64,000 nucleotides of DNA from NCBI GenBank assembly GCA_963847705.1, contig CAWKBC010000029.1:256001-320000 (forward strand). Reading direction: 5' to 3'. The stretch is from an uncultured Pseudomonadota bacterium. GTDB lineage: Bacteria > Myxococcota_A > Polyangia > Fen-1088. The notes under the pieces were generated by a model, which saw only the letters and a program-made list of their open reading frames with translations, was not told the DNA's origin and made no database searches. The position numbers and the translations under genes are program-made. Below are positions 43,100 to 53,134 of this stretch, one piece after another. Positions within the stretch are counted from its first letter, which is position 1. Each line of letters opens with the position of its first letter.

Positions 43100-45352
43100 G
43101 TGAGCGACCCGGCTCTCCGGATCGGATTCGTCGGGACCTACCCACCGCGGCGCTGCGGCATCGCCACCTTCACGCGCGATCTGGCCGCCGGCGTCAAGGC
43201 GGCCGATCCGCACACGGCGCCGCTGGCCGTGGCGGTCACCGACGCAGGCGGTGAGTACGAGTACCCCCAGGAGGTCGAGTACGAGGTTCGCCAGGGGACC
43301 AAGGGTGACTACGCGCGGGCCGCCGAGCTGGTCAATTACAAGGACGTGCGCTGGGTCTCCGTGCAGCACGAGTACGGCATCTTCGGCGGAGACGACGGCG
43401 CCTACATCCTCGATTTCATCGACGCCCTGCGGGTCCCCGCGGTCGTCACCTTGCACACCGTCCTCGACAAGCCCTCGGAGTCGCAGCGGACGATCGTGCA
43501 GAAGATGGCCAAGGCCGCCAACCTGGTGGTGATGAGCCAGGTGGCGCTCGATCTGCTGGCGCGGCGCTACGACCTCGGCGGGGCGCGCGTCCACATGATC
43601 CCCCACGGCATTCCCGACATGGCGCCGGTCGATCAGGAGAGGCTGAAGGCCCGCTTCGGCGTGGCCGGCCGTCGCATGATGCTCACCTTCGGCCTGCTGG
43701 GGCCGAACAAGGGGATCGAGACGGTGATCCGGGCGCTGCCGGCCGCCATCGCCGCCTGTCCCGACCTGACCTACTTCGTCGTGGGCGCCACGCACCCCGC
43801 GGTCCTGCGCGACAACGGCGAGGCCTACCGCACCACCCTCGAGCGGGAGGCGGAGCGGCTGGGTGTGCGCGACCACGTGGTGTTCCGCGACCAGTACGTC
43901 ACGACCGAGGAGCTCTGCACGTACCTGCAGGCCACCGACCTCTTCGTCAGCCCCTACCTCAGTGAGGCCCAGGTGACGAGCGGCGCCCTCTCCTACGCCA
44001 TGGGCGCGGGCGCGGCGGTGGTGTCGACGCCCTACTGGCACGCCCAGGAGCTGCTGGCCGACGGGCGCGGCTACCTGTTCCCCTTCGCCGACAGCGGCGC
44101 CCTGGCCGAGCGCATCGCCTCGATCCTGAACGGTCCGGCGGAGCTGGCCCGGGTCCGCAGCCGGGCCTACGAGTTCACGCGCGCCTTCACCTGGCCGCGG
44201 GTCGGCGCGCAGTACCTGAGCCTCGGTGCGACGCTCCTCGGCCCCAGGCCCAAGCGCGTCCGGCGCGCGGCGCCGCAGCGGGCCAGCAGCCTCCCCGAGC
44301 TGCGCCTCGATCACCTGGCGCGCCTGACCGACGACACCGGCATCATTCAACACGCCACCTTCAGCGTGCCGACCCGCGAGAGTGGCTACTGCGCCGACGA
44401 CAACGCCAGGGCTCTCATCGTCGCGCTGCACGCCGACAGGCTGATCAGCTCCGCCGAAACGAAGCGCCTCGTGGCAACCTACCTGGCCTTCCTTCACGCG
44501 GCGCAGACCCCGGACGGACAGTTCCGCAACCTGCTCAGCTACAGCCGCGCCTACCTCGACGAGCCGCCGTCGGAGGACTGCACCGGACGCACGCTCTGGG
44601 CGCTGGGGGTGGCGACGCAGCTGGCGCGCGATCAGGGCCAGCGGATGCTGGCGCGGCAGATGTTCGAGCGGGGGCTGCCGGCCACCGAGACGCTGGGGCC
44701 GCGCGGGACCGCGCTGACGATGCTGGGAATGGCCGCCTTCCTGACGGCGCACCCGGAGGTGGGGCCGGTGGCCGACCTCCTGGCCGCGCTGGCGGAGCGG
44801 CTCTGCCGGCGCTTCAACGACGAAGCCGACGCCGACTGGCGCTGGTTCGAGCCCGCCCTCACCTACGACAACGCGCTGGTGCCGCTGGCGCTCTTGCGGG
44901 CCTATCGCTTCACCAAGGCGCCGGCCAGCCGTCAGGTCGCCACCGAAGCGCTCGGTTTTCTGGAGACGGTCTGCTTTCCGGAGGGCCGGCTGGCGCTGGT
45001 CGGCAACGCCGGCTGGCACACGCGCGAAAAACGGGCGGCCGCTTCCGACGAGCAGCCGACGGATGCCGCGGCGTTCGTGCTGGCCTTCCGGGGCGCCTAC
45101 CTGGCGACCGGCGATCGCCGCTACCTGGGCAGGATGCGCGAATCGTTCGCCTGGTTCCTGGGCGCCAATCGCCTCGGTGTCTCGCTCTACGACTCGGCCA
45201 CCGCCGGGTGCCGCGACGGCCTCGGACAGAGCGCCCCCAATCTGAACCAGGGGGCGGAGAGCACCGTTTCGTTCCTGCTGGCGTTGATCGAGATGCTGGA
45301 GCTGGCGGGCGAAGGCCTGGAGTACGGGGACGAGCCCGCCGCCACCACCTGA
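43100..45352 (+). CDS. GT4 glycosyltransferase with C-terminal helical (six-hairpin-like) domain
   Basis: YPPRRCGIATFT, QHEYGIFGG, SGALSYA; C-terminal domain with DDTGIIQHA, DDNARAL, LTYDNA and NQGAES. Confidence 0.9.
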   Translation: MSDPALRIGFVGTYPPRRCGIATFTRDLAAGVKAADPHTAPLAVAVTDAGGEYEYPQEVEYEVRQGTKGDYARAAELVNYKDVRWVSVQHEYGIFGGDDGAYILDFIDALRVPAVVTLHTVLDKPSESQRTIVQKMAKAANLVVMSQVALDLLARRYDLGGARVHMIPHGIPDMAPVDQERLKARFGVAGRRMMLTFGLLGPNKGIETVIRALPAAIAACPDLTYFVVGATHPAVLRDNGEAYRTTLEREAERLGVRDHVVFRDQYVTTEELCTYLQATDLFVSPYLSEAQVTSGALSYAMGAGAAVVSTPYWHAQELLADGRGYLFPFADSGALAERIASILNGPAELARVRSRAYEFTRAFTWPRVGAQYLSLGATLLGPRPKRVRRAAPQRASSLPELRLDHLARLTDDTGIIQHATFSVPTRESGYCADDNARALIVALHADRLISSAETKRLVATYLAFLHAAQTPDGQFRNLLSYSRAYLDEPPSEDCTGRTLWALGVATQLARDQGQRMLARQMFERGLPATETLGPRGTALTMLGMAAFLTAHPEVGPVADLLAALAERLCRRFNDEADADWRWFEPALTYDNALVPLALLRAYRFTKAPASRQVATEALGFLETVCFPEGRLALVGNAGWHTREKRAAASDEQPTDAAAFVLAFRGAYLATGDRRYLGRMRESFAWFLGANRLGVSLYDSATAGCRDGLGQSAPNLNQGAESTVSFLLALIEMLELAGEGLEYGDEPAATT

Positions 45353-45369
45353 GGGAGACGTTGAGACCG

Positions 45370-46839
45370 ATGGTAAGACGCACCGCCCACCGCCTGCTTC
45401 ACGATCCGAGCCGGGTCATCGCCAAACCCTATCTGCCGGGCGAGGAGATCTCCGCGGACTCCAGCAACCGGGCCGACCTGCTGATGGCCCGCATCCTCGC
45501 CGTCCCCGAGGCGGAGGTCTCGCGGATCTTGCAGGAGACGATCGTTCTCTTCGGCGCACGGCACCGCCGCTTCGAGGAGCTCCTCGAACACCACTTCAGC
45601 CTGGTCGCGCATCGGGTGGGCGGCGCGGCGCTCTCGCGGGCGCGCCGGCTCCTCATCGGGACCTACTTCACCAACGAGTACTCGGTGGAGGGCGCCGCGC
45701 TCTTCAACCCATCCCTCGTGCCGGCGCCCGATCAGGCGGGCGTGAAGCCCGGCCAGCTGCGCTTCGTGATGAGCCTGCGGGCCGTCGGCGAGGGGCACAT
45801 CTCGTCGATTGAATTTCGCACCGGCGTCGTCGACGGGGCCGGCGACCTGACCTTCGATCCGCTCGGCCCGCAGCTGGTGACCGGCGAGCGCGCGCCGCCC
45901 GCCAGCTATGACAAGGCGCAGTTCCGCGCCAAGCTGGCCGAGCTCGGCGCGGGCAACGACCTGGCCTGGGGGGTGATCGACCCGCTGCCCGAGCGGTTCA
46001 CCGCGGCCGAGCTCGAACGGGCGATGGCGGTCCTCGATCGCGAGGGCCCGCCGCATGCCATCAGCTACGAGACCGCCAAGATCATGCGGGTGCTCGCCTC
46101 CTCGAGCTACGTGACCACCTTCCCCTCCGACTCGGTCCTGTCGGAGCGGGTGATCTTTCCGGCCGGACCGCACGAGACCCACGGGATGGAGGACGCCCGC
46201 TTCGTCCTCTTCACCGACGACGACGGCCACAGCACCTACTACGCCACCTACACCGCCTTCGACGGCTACGAGATCGTTCCGCAGCTCATTCAGACCGACG
46301 ACTTCGTCAGCTTCCGCATCGCCACCCTCAACGGGGTGGCCGCCCAGAACAAGGGGATGGCGCTGTTCCCCCGGCGCGTGGGCGGGAACTACGTGATGCT
46401 GTCGCGCCGCGATCGCGAGAACCTCCACCTGGCCACCTCCACCCGGGTCGGGCACTGGGCCGACGTCGCCGAGCTTCATCGGCCGAGTCGCCCCTGGGAG
46501 CTCTTGCAGATCGGCAACTGCGGCTCGCCGATCGAGACCAAGGCAGGCTGGCTGGTGATCACCCACGGCGTTGGGCCGATGCGCCGGTATGCGATCGGGG
46601 CGCTGCTGCTGGATCTCGACGATCCGCGGCGCGTGCTCGGTGAGCTGGCGGAGCCGCTGCTGGCGCCCGAGGCGACGGAACGGGAGGGGTATGTCCCGAA
46701 CGTCGTCTACTCGTGCGGCGCGATGCTGCACGGGAGCAACCTGGTGCTCCCCTACGGGCTCTCCGACGCCGCCGTCGGCGTGGCCGTCATTTCGTTACCA
46801 GAGCTTCTGGCGAAGCTGCAGCGGCCTGCGTCTTCGTGA
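45370..46839 (+). CDS. GH130-family glycosidase/phosphorylase with N-terminal extension
   Basis: ALFNP, GMEDARF, NKGMALFP, EREGYVPNVVYSCG. Confidence 0.88.
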   Translation: MVRRTAHRLLHDPSRVIAKPYLPGEEISADSSNRADLLMARILAVPEAEVSRILQETIVLFGARHRRFEELLEHHFSLVAHRVGGAALSRARRLLIGTYFTNEYSVEGAALFNPSLVPAPDQAGVKPGQLRFVMSLRAVGEGHISSIEFRTGVVDGAGDLTFDPLGPQLVTGERAPPASYDKAQFRAKLAELGAGNDLAWGVIDPLPERFTAAELERAMAVLDREGPPHAISYETAKIMRVLASSSYVTTFPSDSVLSERVIFPAGPHETHGMEDARFVLFTDDDGHSTYYATYTAFDGYEIVPQLIQTDDFVSFRIATLNGVAAQNKGMALFPRRVGGNYVMLSRRDRENLHLATSTRVGHWADVAELHRPSRPWELLQIGNCGSPIETKAGWLVITHGVGPMRRYAIGALLLDLDDPRRVLGELAEPLLAPEATEREGYVPNVVYSCGAMLHGSNLVLPYGLSDAAVGVAVISLPELLAKLQRPASS

Positions 46840-47890
46840 GGTAGGCCGCCGTCATGTCGCCCAGGTGGTTGCCGACCGAGGCGAGCGCACCGTAGAGCGT
46901 ATCCTCGTGGTAAGCGATCCCGCGCTCGCCGCAAAAGTCGCGAACGATGGGGCGCATCTGGCGGTAACGGTTGTGCGCGACCCGCGGAAACAGGTGGTGC
47001 TCGATCTGCGAATTGAGCCCACCGTAATAGAAGTCGAGCAGCGGCGGGTTGGCGATGTTTCGGCTGGTGGTGACCTGCTGCTCCAGGTAGCTGACGTGAT
47101 GGTCCTGGTCGAGGCGCCGCATCCCCATGTGGTTGGGGATGAAGACCGACACCGTCATCAATGACGACAGGCAAGAGACGGTGACGTAGGCCAGCAGCGC
47201 GGTCGGCCACCCGAAGACCAGGCCGGGGACGATCAACAGCACCAACCAGTGCAGAGGCATCAGGAAACGATCGATCTTCGTCTCCTCGGGGCGCTGAAAG
47301 AGATCGCGAATCGCGTCGTAACGGAGCGTGACCCAGTAAAACGCCGACAGCGGCCAGAAAGCCCACTTCTGGATCCTCAGGAAGAACCGCCCCAGCGGCG
47401 TGTGCCAGCTGGCCGAACCGGGATAGACCGAGAACAGCACCCCGAAGTGCATGTCGGGATCGCCCCCCACCTCCTGGCAATGGACGTGGTGGGCGTTGTG
47501 GCGCGACCGCCAGAACCCGAAGCTCATCCCGCAGAGGAAGGTCATTCCGAACTGGCCCCAGAAGTTGTTCACCCGACGGGACCTGGACAGCGCGAAGTGT
47601 CCGGCGTCGTGGCCGACGTAACCCATCGTCAGGAGGCCGACCGAGGCGACGATCGCCAGCAGCGACCAGACCACGCCGAACGGCAGCAACAGAAGGCCGA
47701 GGTAAGACAGAAACAGCATCGGAACCCAGAGCAAGAGCTTCCGCGTCCAGTAGCGAGAGGGCTCGAACAGCCCCCGCTCATCGATGCGGGCGTGGAGATC
47801 TTTGAGGGCCCGGCAATCGAAGGATTCCGGATGAGTTGCAGCCGACGACATCAAAGAAGGTTGCGCGACGGTTGCGGCGTGTCCTTCCAC
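46787..47890 (-). CDS. Fatty acid desaturase (front-end type His boxes)
   Basis: HDAGH, HNAHH, QIEHHLFP. Confidence 0.9.
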   Translation of the reverse strand: MEGHAATVAQPSLMSSAATHPESFDCRALKDLHARIDERGLFEPSRYWTRKLLLWVPMLFLSYLGLLLLPFGVVWSLLAIVASVGLLTMGYVGHDAGHFALSRSRRVNNFWGQFGMTFLCGMSFGFWRSRHNAHHVHCQEVGGDPDMHFGVLFSVYPGSASWHTPLGRFFLRIQKWAFWPLSAFYWVTLRYDAIRDLFQRPEETKIDRFLMPLHWLVLLIVPGLVFGWPTALLAYVTVSCLSSLMTVSVFIPNHMGMRRLDQDHHVSYLEQQVTTSRNIANPPLLDFYYGGLNSQIEHHLFPRVAHNRYRQMRPIVRDFCGERGIAYHEDTLYGALASVGNHLGDMTAAYLTKTQAAAASPEALVTK

Positions 47891-47964
47891 AAGATCGTCA
47901 TGATCGCGTCATCGACGGGGAGCGGCGCACACTGTGGCGCTGCGCAAGCGCGGCGCCGCCGGAG

Positions 47965-49278
47965 CTATTGCCAGAGCGGGAAGATCAATCGACGGTGCGC
48001 GGCCGCCAGCGAGATCGGGAGCTCGGCCCAGACCGGCGCAAAGTAGATCGAAACCGCCAGCACGAGCAGCACGAAGATCAGGACTTCCTTGGAGAAGCGG
48101 CGATCGAGGCGGGCCACCACCCCCGCCAGCAGGATCAACGTGAAGCCCCAGGAGGTCAGGTAGTGGTACCAGTAGGTGACTATCCGACCACTGATCCAGA
48201 GCAGCATCATGCAGAGCCAGCAGGCGGCCAGGATGGCGAAGGCCTTGCTGAAGCGGACGTCGAACCAACGTCGCCATCGCTCGCGCCAGCGCTCGCTCAG
48301 CAAGGCGGCCGTTCCCGTCACGATGAGCGCCACGAAGCAGAGGTGCGCCGCGATCCAGAGCAGCGGATTGCCAATGCCCGAGGCGAGGCGGACGTTCGTT
48401 CCCGCCTGCGAGCTCTTGATGATGAGGGGATGGTACAGGAAGGGCCAGGTGTACCAGGCCGACTCCGCCGGATTGATGTGGTGCGCGAACCCGAGGTGAA
48501 GGCCGGCCCGCTCGCGGATCGCCGCCACCACCGACATCGGATCGTTCGGATGCCCGATCAACGCCAGCCCGATCATCCAGACCCCCAGATGAACGAACGG
48601 CACGATCGCAAACGCGAAGATCGTGTACCAGGGGGCACGCCGGAGCAGCAGGATGGCGAAGCAGGCGGGCAGACCGACCAGCAAACCGACCCACTTGATC
48701 GACGCCGCCAGGCCGCACAGCAGGGCGGCGGCCAGAACGCCCCCCCAACCGCGCGCGCTGATCGCGGCGAACATGCACCAGAGGTTGAGACAGGTCAGCA
48801 TCCCTTCGGGAAAGGCCAGCCGCGAATACGAGAGGTAGAACCCGTCGGCCGCCACGAAGGCCGCCGCCAGCCACCCTGCCCTTCGGTCCTCGAACAACGA
48901 GGCGGCGATCAGGTAGACGAGCACGATGATCTGGAGCCCGAAGCAGAGGGGCATGAACCGCCACCCCATCGGGTTGTTCCCTTCGAGCAGCATACCCACG
49001 CCGATGAAAAGCTTGGCGAGCGGCGGGTGGCAACACTCGGCCTTGTCGGGAACGCCGATCAGGAACTGGTGCGCCGCCCCGACGAACTGGTCCTCGTCGA
49101 AGCAGTAGTGAAAGGGATAACCGACGCGCTGGATGCGCAGCACCACCCCGCCGAGGATCATGAGCGCCAGCAGAACGCCGGTGGCGGGACGCGACATGCG
49201 GGGCGCCCGCGCAACCACCGCTTGCCAGCCCGAGGAGGCGAGGCGGCCCAGACGGGCGAGCAAGGCGTCCACGTTCAT
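47965..49278 (-). CDS. PMT-like (GT39) lipid-carrier-dependent glycosyltransferase
   Basis: FDE, HPPLAK, GWRF, IKW, H...S.WYTWP, GNPLLW, YHY. Confidence 0.85.
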   Translation of the reverse strand: MNVDALLARLGRLASSGWQAVVARAPRMSRPATGVLLALMILGGVVLRIQRVGYPFHYCFDEDQFVGAAHQFLIGVPDKAECCHPPLAKLFIGVGMLLEGNNPMGWRFMPLCFGLQIIVLVYLIAASLFEDRRAGWLAAAFVAADGFYLSYSRLAFPEGMLTCLNLWCMFAAISARGWGGVLAAALLCGLAASIKWVGLLVGLPACFAILLLRRAPWYTIFAFAIVPFVHLGVWMIGLALIGHPNDPMSVVAAIRERAGLHLGFAHHINPAESAWYTWPFLYHPLIIKSSQAGTNVRLASGIGNPLLWIAAHLCFVALIVTGTAALLSERWRERWRRWFDVRFSKAFAILAACWLCMMLLWISGRIVTYWYHYLTSWGFTLILLAGVVARLDRRFSKEVLIFVLLVLAVSIYFAPVWAELPISLAAAHRRLIFPLWQ

Positions 49279-49850
49279 CGCGACAGCGCGCAGTCCGAGA
49301 GGGTTCCGACCGTCACTCTCTTCCCGACTGGAATGAAGGGGGCCGCCGCGTCGAAGCGAATCGTGGCCGACTTGGCGACGCCTTCGATGTGGTAGTTGCA
49401 GACCACCGTGAACCGCGCCGCCGGAAGCGGCTTGTTCATCTCGGAGGAGGTCCAGAGGCCGGCGCCCAGCAAGAGCTCGTTCCCCACCGTGTTGTACGGT
49501 TGAAGGATCTGGGGGTCGTCGGGCGAGGCGGGGCCGGCCGGGCGCGCGTCGCGGCGATACGCGCAGTGCAGCCCCGAGACGACCTGGTCCGAAGCGCAGG
49601 AGAGATTGCGCCTGTCGTCCCTCACCAGGGTCAGCTCGACGGATTGCGTGCTGCCGACGCTCCACCCCTCGGTCCCCTGCCCCTGCGCGTACTCTTCGCG
49701 GTAACGCTTTCCGGCCGAAAAGACCCAGACCCCGAAGACGATCAGCCAGAACGACAAGAACGACAGGAGCAGCGGGTTGCAACGCGAGGGGCGAAGCGGC
49801 CCATCGACGTCACCGGGAGGGGGACTGCCCGAAGTCGAGTCGGAGGACAT
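49275..49850 (-). CDS. Single-TM hypothetical protein with Cys-containing extracytoplasmic domain
   Basis: One TM helix and four Cys after it; its stop overlaps the PMT-like start (ATGA). Confidence 0.65.
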   Translation of the reverse strand: MSSDSTSGSPPPGDVDGPLRPSRCNPLLLSFLSFWLIVFGVWVFSAGKRYREEYAQGQGTEGWSVGSTQSVELTLVRDDRRNLSCASDQVVSGLHCAYRRDARPAGPASPDDPQILQPYNTVGNELLLGAGLWTSSEMNKPLPAARFTVVCNYHIEGVAKSATIRFDAAAPFIPVGKRVTVGTLSDCALSR

Positions 49851-49906
49851 GGAAGGCCCAATAGCCCGTCGCGCCGCCGCCGTCAACGTGGCCCCCACCC
49901 GGAGGC

Positions 49907-50998
49907 TCAGCGCTCCGTACCGGCATCCAGGCTGGGAAGATCGATGATGAACGCGCAGCCGACGCCGGGCATGTCGCGCACCCGGATTGTTCCGTTGTGC
50001 GCCTCGGCCGCCTGCAGCGCGATGGCCAATCCAAAACCGAAGCCGCTTCGATTCTCGCCCCGTTGAATGAGCGGGCTGAACAGCTCCCCGGCCTTCCCTG
50101 GCGGCAGCCCCCCACAGGCGTCCACCACCTCGATCGTGATCCGACCGTCGGTGCGCGCGGCGGTCACGCTCACCGTCGAATCTTCGTGGCTGAACTTCAG
50201 CGCGTTCTGCAGCAGGTTGGAGACGGCTGACCGGAGCAGGCGAGCGTCGGCGTCGATCTTCAATCCGGCCGGGACCGAAACGACGGTGGTGATCTTCCGC
50301 GCGTGTGCCTCGATCGCCGCGTCGACCTCGATCTCCCGAAGAAACGCGTCGAGGGCGATGGACGTCAGCTTGGGCTCGACCCCCATCTTCAGCGACGTGT
50401 GACTGAGCACGCTGTCGATCATGTCGGCCGTCTGCTTCAGGTTTCGATCGAGGATCTCCACCGTTCGGCTCTCCTTGAGCTCCCTCCGCAAGCGGCGAAA
50501 GGCCAGCTGCGCGGCGCCCAGGGGATTGCGCAGCTCGTGGGCGATGAACCCCAGGTGCTCCGAGGTCTGCCGCTGCGTCTCCAGATCCCGGTGCCGGACG
50601 TACTGAGAGACCGCGTCGGCAATCCCGGCGTTCAGGAACTTCACCACCACCTCCTGGTCCCGCGCGCTGACGACCAGGCCCGCCGCGGCGGCGATCTCCA
50701 GGATGCACTCGTGCAGCGCCCCGTACTCGCGGACCACCTCGGCCACGTCGAAGCCCAACCGCAGGCGCTGCTCTCCATGCTCCTCCGCGTGGCTGCTCAT
50801 GGGCGGCAGCGAAACCGCGTCCGGATAGAGGGCGCGGGTGATCTCGTCGACGAAGGCGGGGATGTGATCGACGAGCTCGGCGCGTGGAAGCGCCGCCGTG
50901 ACCAGGTTGCTCCGCAATCTCTCGCTCCAGCTCGCGATCAGCTCGGCGCGCCGGGCGGTCAAAACGCTATAGAGAGTTTCGCCAGACGCCTCGCCCAT
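49907..50998 (-). CDS. Cytoplasmic histidine kinase with helical N-terminal (RsbRD-like) domain
   Basis: HGEQRLRLGFDV..VVREY, AHELRNPL, NLLQNALKF, GFGFGL. Confidence 0.88.
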   Translation of the reverse strand: MGEASGETLYSVLTARRAELIASWSERLRSNLVTAALPRAELVDHIPAFVDEITRALYPDAVSLPPMSSHAEEHGEQRLRLGFDVAEVVREYGALHECILEIAAAAGLVVSARDQEVVVKFLNAGIADAVSQYVRHRDLETQRQTSEHLGFIAHELRNPLGAAQLAFRRLRRELKESRTVEILDRNLKQTADMIDSVLSHTSLKMGVEPKLTSIALDAFLREIEVDAAIEAHARKITTVVSVPAGLKIDADARLLRSAVSNLLQNALKFSHEDSTVSVTAARTDGRITIEVVDACGGLPPGKAGELFSPLIQRGENRSGFGFGLAIALQAAEAHNGTIRVRDMPGVGCAFIIDLPSLDAGTER

Positions 50999-51062
50999 GC
51001 TGCTGGTCTAGTCCCTCCCCATCCAATCGCCAAGGTCTTTCGTGCCCCTGGCGTGGAGCGCT

Positions 51063-53051
51063 TCAGACGCTGATCCGCGCGATCGGGCGGATCTGCGCTT
51101 CGGGCGCCAGCTCCTGAAACGAGAGGACCGGCAGGTCGGGATGCTCGGTCTCGATCAGGCGGCGGACGTAGCGGCGGATCTCGGCGCCGGTGAGCAACAC
51201 GGCGCCGCCGGTGGCGCCCGGCCCCACGGCCCGGCCGATGGCGGCGACGATGTCGTGCGACAGCTGGGGCTCGAGCGCCAGGTAGCTGCCGGTGGCGGTC
51301 TTCTGCACCGAGTCGCGGATGGCGTCCTCGATCATCGGATCGAGGAGATAGGCGGCCAGCGCCCCGGCGTCACCGGTGTGGCGGTGGGTGATCACGCGCC
51401 GGAGCGCGGCGCGCACGTGCTCGGTGAGGGCCACCGGATCGCGATCGTGCGGCGCCCATTCGGCGAGCGCGCCCAGGATGTCGCGGAGGTTGCGCAGCGA
51501 GATCCCCTCCTCGACCAGGCGGCGCGCGATGTCGGTGAAGAGCACCAGCGAGACCAGCTTGGGGACCACCTCGCGGACCAGCGCCGGGTGCGTGCGCTCG
51601 AGCGCGTCGAGCAGCGCCTGCGCCTCCTCCAGCCCGAACAGCTCGTGGCCGTAACGGCGAAGGAGGGCCAACGCCTCGTCGCCCAGGCGCGCGCCGGCCA
51701 CGCCCCAGTCGGCGCGCGCGAGCTCGCCGCGGACGAGCGGGACCTCGTTGAGCCGGATGACGAAGGCCCCCTCAGCCAGCCCGCCGGCGCCGACGCGCAG
51801 CCGCACCGCCGGCAGCGGCAGCCCCAGCTCGGCGAACAGCCGCTCACGCAGCCGCGGCACGACCTCGGTCGCGAAGCCCTCGAGGTAGGCGCCGAGCGCC
51901 GCCGACACTTCGACCGCGATCGGCGTCAGCAGCGGCGACAGCAGGGCCTCGTCGGCGGCCGCCCCGCGCGGCGCCCCGGCGCGAGCGCCGGCGGCGCCCT
52001 CCACCCTGGCCGCCCCTGCCGCGGCCAGCGTCTCCGCCGCCGGCGCAGCGGTGCGCAGCAGCCTCCAGGCGACCGCGCCCAGGATCACCGCCAGCGTCAG
52101 GAACGGCACGGTGGGCAGTCCCGGGACGATCGCCAACAGCGCCAGGAGCCCGGCCGCGATGGCCAGCGCCTTCGGCTGCGCCATGATCTGCAGTCCGATG
52201 TCGCGCCCGAGGTGGCCCCCCTCCTCCTCCGACGCCACCCGCGTGACGATGATGCCCGCCGACGTCGAGATGATGAGCGCCGGGATCTGCGCCACCAGCC
52301 CCTCGCCGATGGTGAGCACGGTGTAGGTGCGCGCCGCGGCCGACGCGTCGAGGCCGCGCTGCACGATGCCGATGACCAGGCCACCCACGATGTTGACCGC
52401 CAGGACGACGATGCCGGCGATGGCGTCCCCTTTGACGAACTTCATGGCGCCGTCCATCGACCCGAACAGCTGCGACTCGCGGGCCAGCGCCGCGCGGCGC
52501 CGGCGGGCCTCGTTGTGGTCGATGTGGCCGGCGCGCAGCTCCGCGTCGATCGACATCTGCTTGCCCGGCATCGCGTCGAGGGTGAAGCGCGCCGCCACCT
52601 CGGCGACGCGCTCCGAGCCCTTGGAGACCACCAGGAACTGGATCATCGTGAGGATCAGGAAGATCACCGCGCCGACGACCAGGTTGCCGGCGACCACGAA
52701 GTTGCCGAAGGCGCGAATGACCTCGCCGGCGTCGGCGCGCAGCAGGATGAGGCGCGTGGCGGAGACCTCCAGGGCCAGCCGGAACAGCGTGGTCAACAGC
52801 AGCAAGGTCGGGAAGGTCGCGATCTTCAGCGCGTCGCTGACATAGATGGCGACCAGCAACAGGGTCACCGCCGCCGCGATGTTCACCGAGATGAGCAGGT
52901 CGAGCAGCGGCGTCGGCAGCGGCACGATCATCATCCCGACGATGGCGACGACCAGTCCCGCCAGCGCCAGATCGGCGTAGCGCGACAAGAGGCCCCTCAC
53001 GTCCCCTGCCCGCAGGAGGCTCATCGCCCCGGCCATCCGCTTCGCCGCCAC
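51063..53051 (-). CDS. FHIPEP-family type III export gate protein (SctV/FlhA-like)
   Basis: FPTLLLLTTLFRLAL, ERVAEVAARFTLDAMPGKQMSIDA, GSMDGAMKFVKGDAIAG, VLSFQEL. Confidence 0.92.
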   Translation of the reverse strand: MAAKRMAGAMSLLRAGDVRGLLSRYADLALAGLVVAIVGMMIVPLPTPLLDLLISVNIAAAVTLLLVAIYVSDALKIATFPTLLLLTTLFRLALEVSATRLILLRADAGEVIRAFGNFVVAGNLVVGAVIFLILTMIQFLVVSKGSERVAEVAARFTLDAMPGKQMSIDAELRAGHIDHNEARRRRAALARESQLFGSMDGAMKFVKGDAIAGIVVLAVNIVGGLVIGIVQRGLDASAAARTYTVLTIGEGLVAQIPALIISTSAGIIVTRVASEEEGGHLGRDIGLQIMAQPKALAIAAGLLALLAIVPGLPTVPFLTLAVILGAVAWRLLRTAAPAAETLAAAGAARVEGAAGARAGAPRGAAADEALLSPLLTPIAVEVSAALGAYLEGFATEVVPRLRERLFAELGLPLPAVRLRVGAGGLAEGAFVIRLNEVPLVRGELARADWGVAGARLGDEALALLRRYGHELFGLEEAQALLDALERTHPALVREVVPKLVSLVLFTDIARRLVEEGISLRNLRDILGALAEWAPHDRDPVALTEHVRAALRRVITHRHTGDAGALAAYLLDPMIEDAIRDSVQKTATGSYLALEPQLSHDIVAAIGRAVGPGATGGAVLLTGAEIRRYVRRLIETEHPDLPVLSFQELAPEAQIRPIARISV

Positions 53052-53134
53052 GAAACAGGAGATAGACCGGGCGCCGACCGTTGGTCAAGCGCGTCGTGCC
53101 GGGCGCGCGCCGGGTGTCGGCTACGCGCCGGCCG

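Noticed and set aside
38131-51000. Genomic island or prophage
   Set aside because: Gene content is accessory-like, but there is no integrase, tRNA, att repeat or obvious compositional shift.
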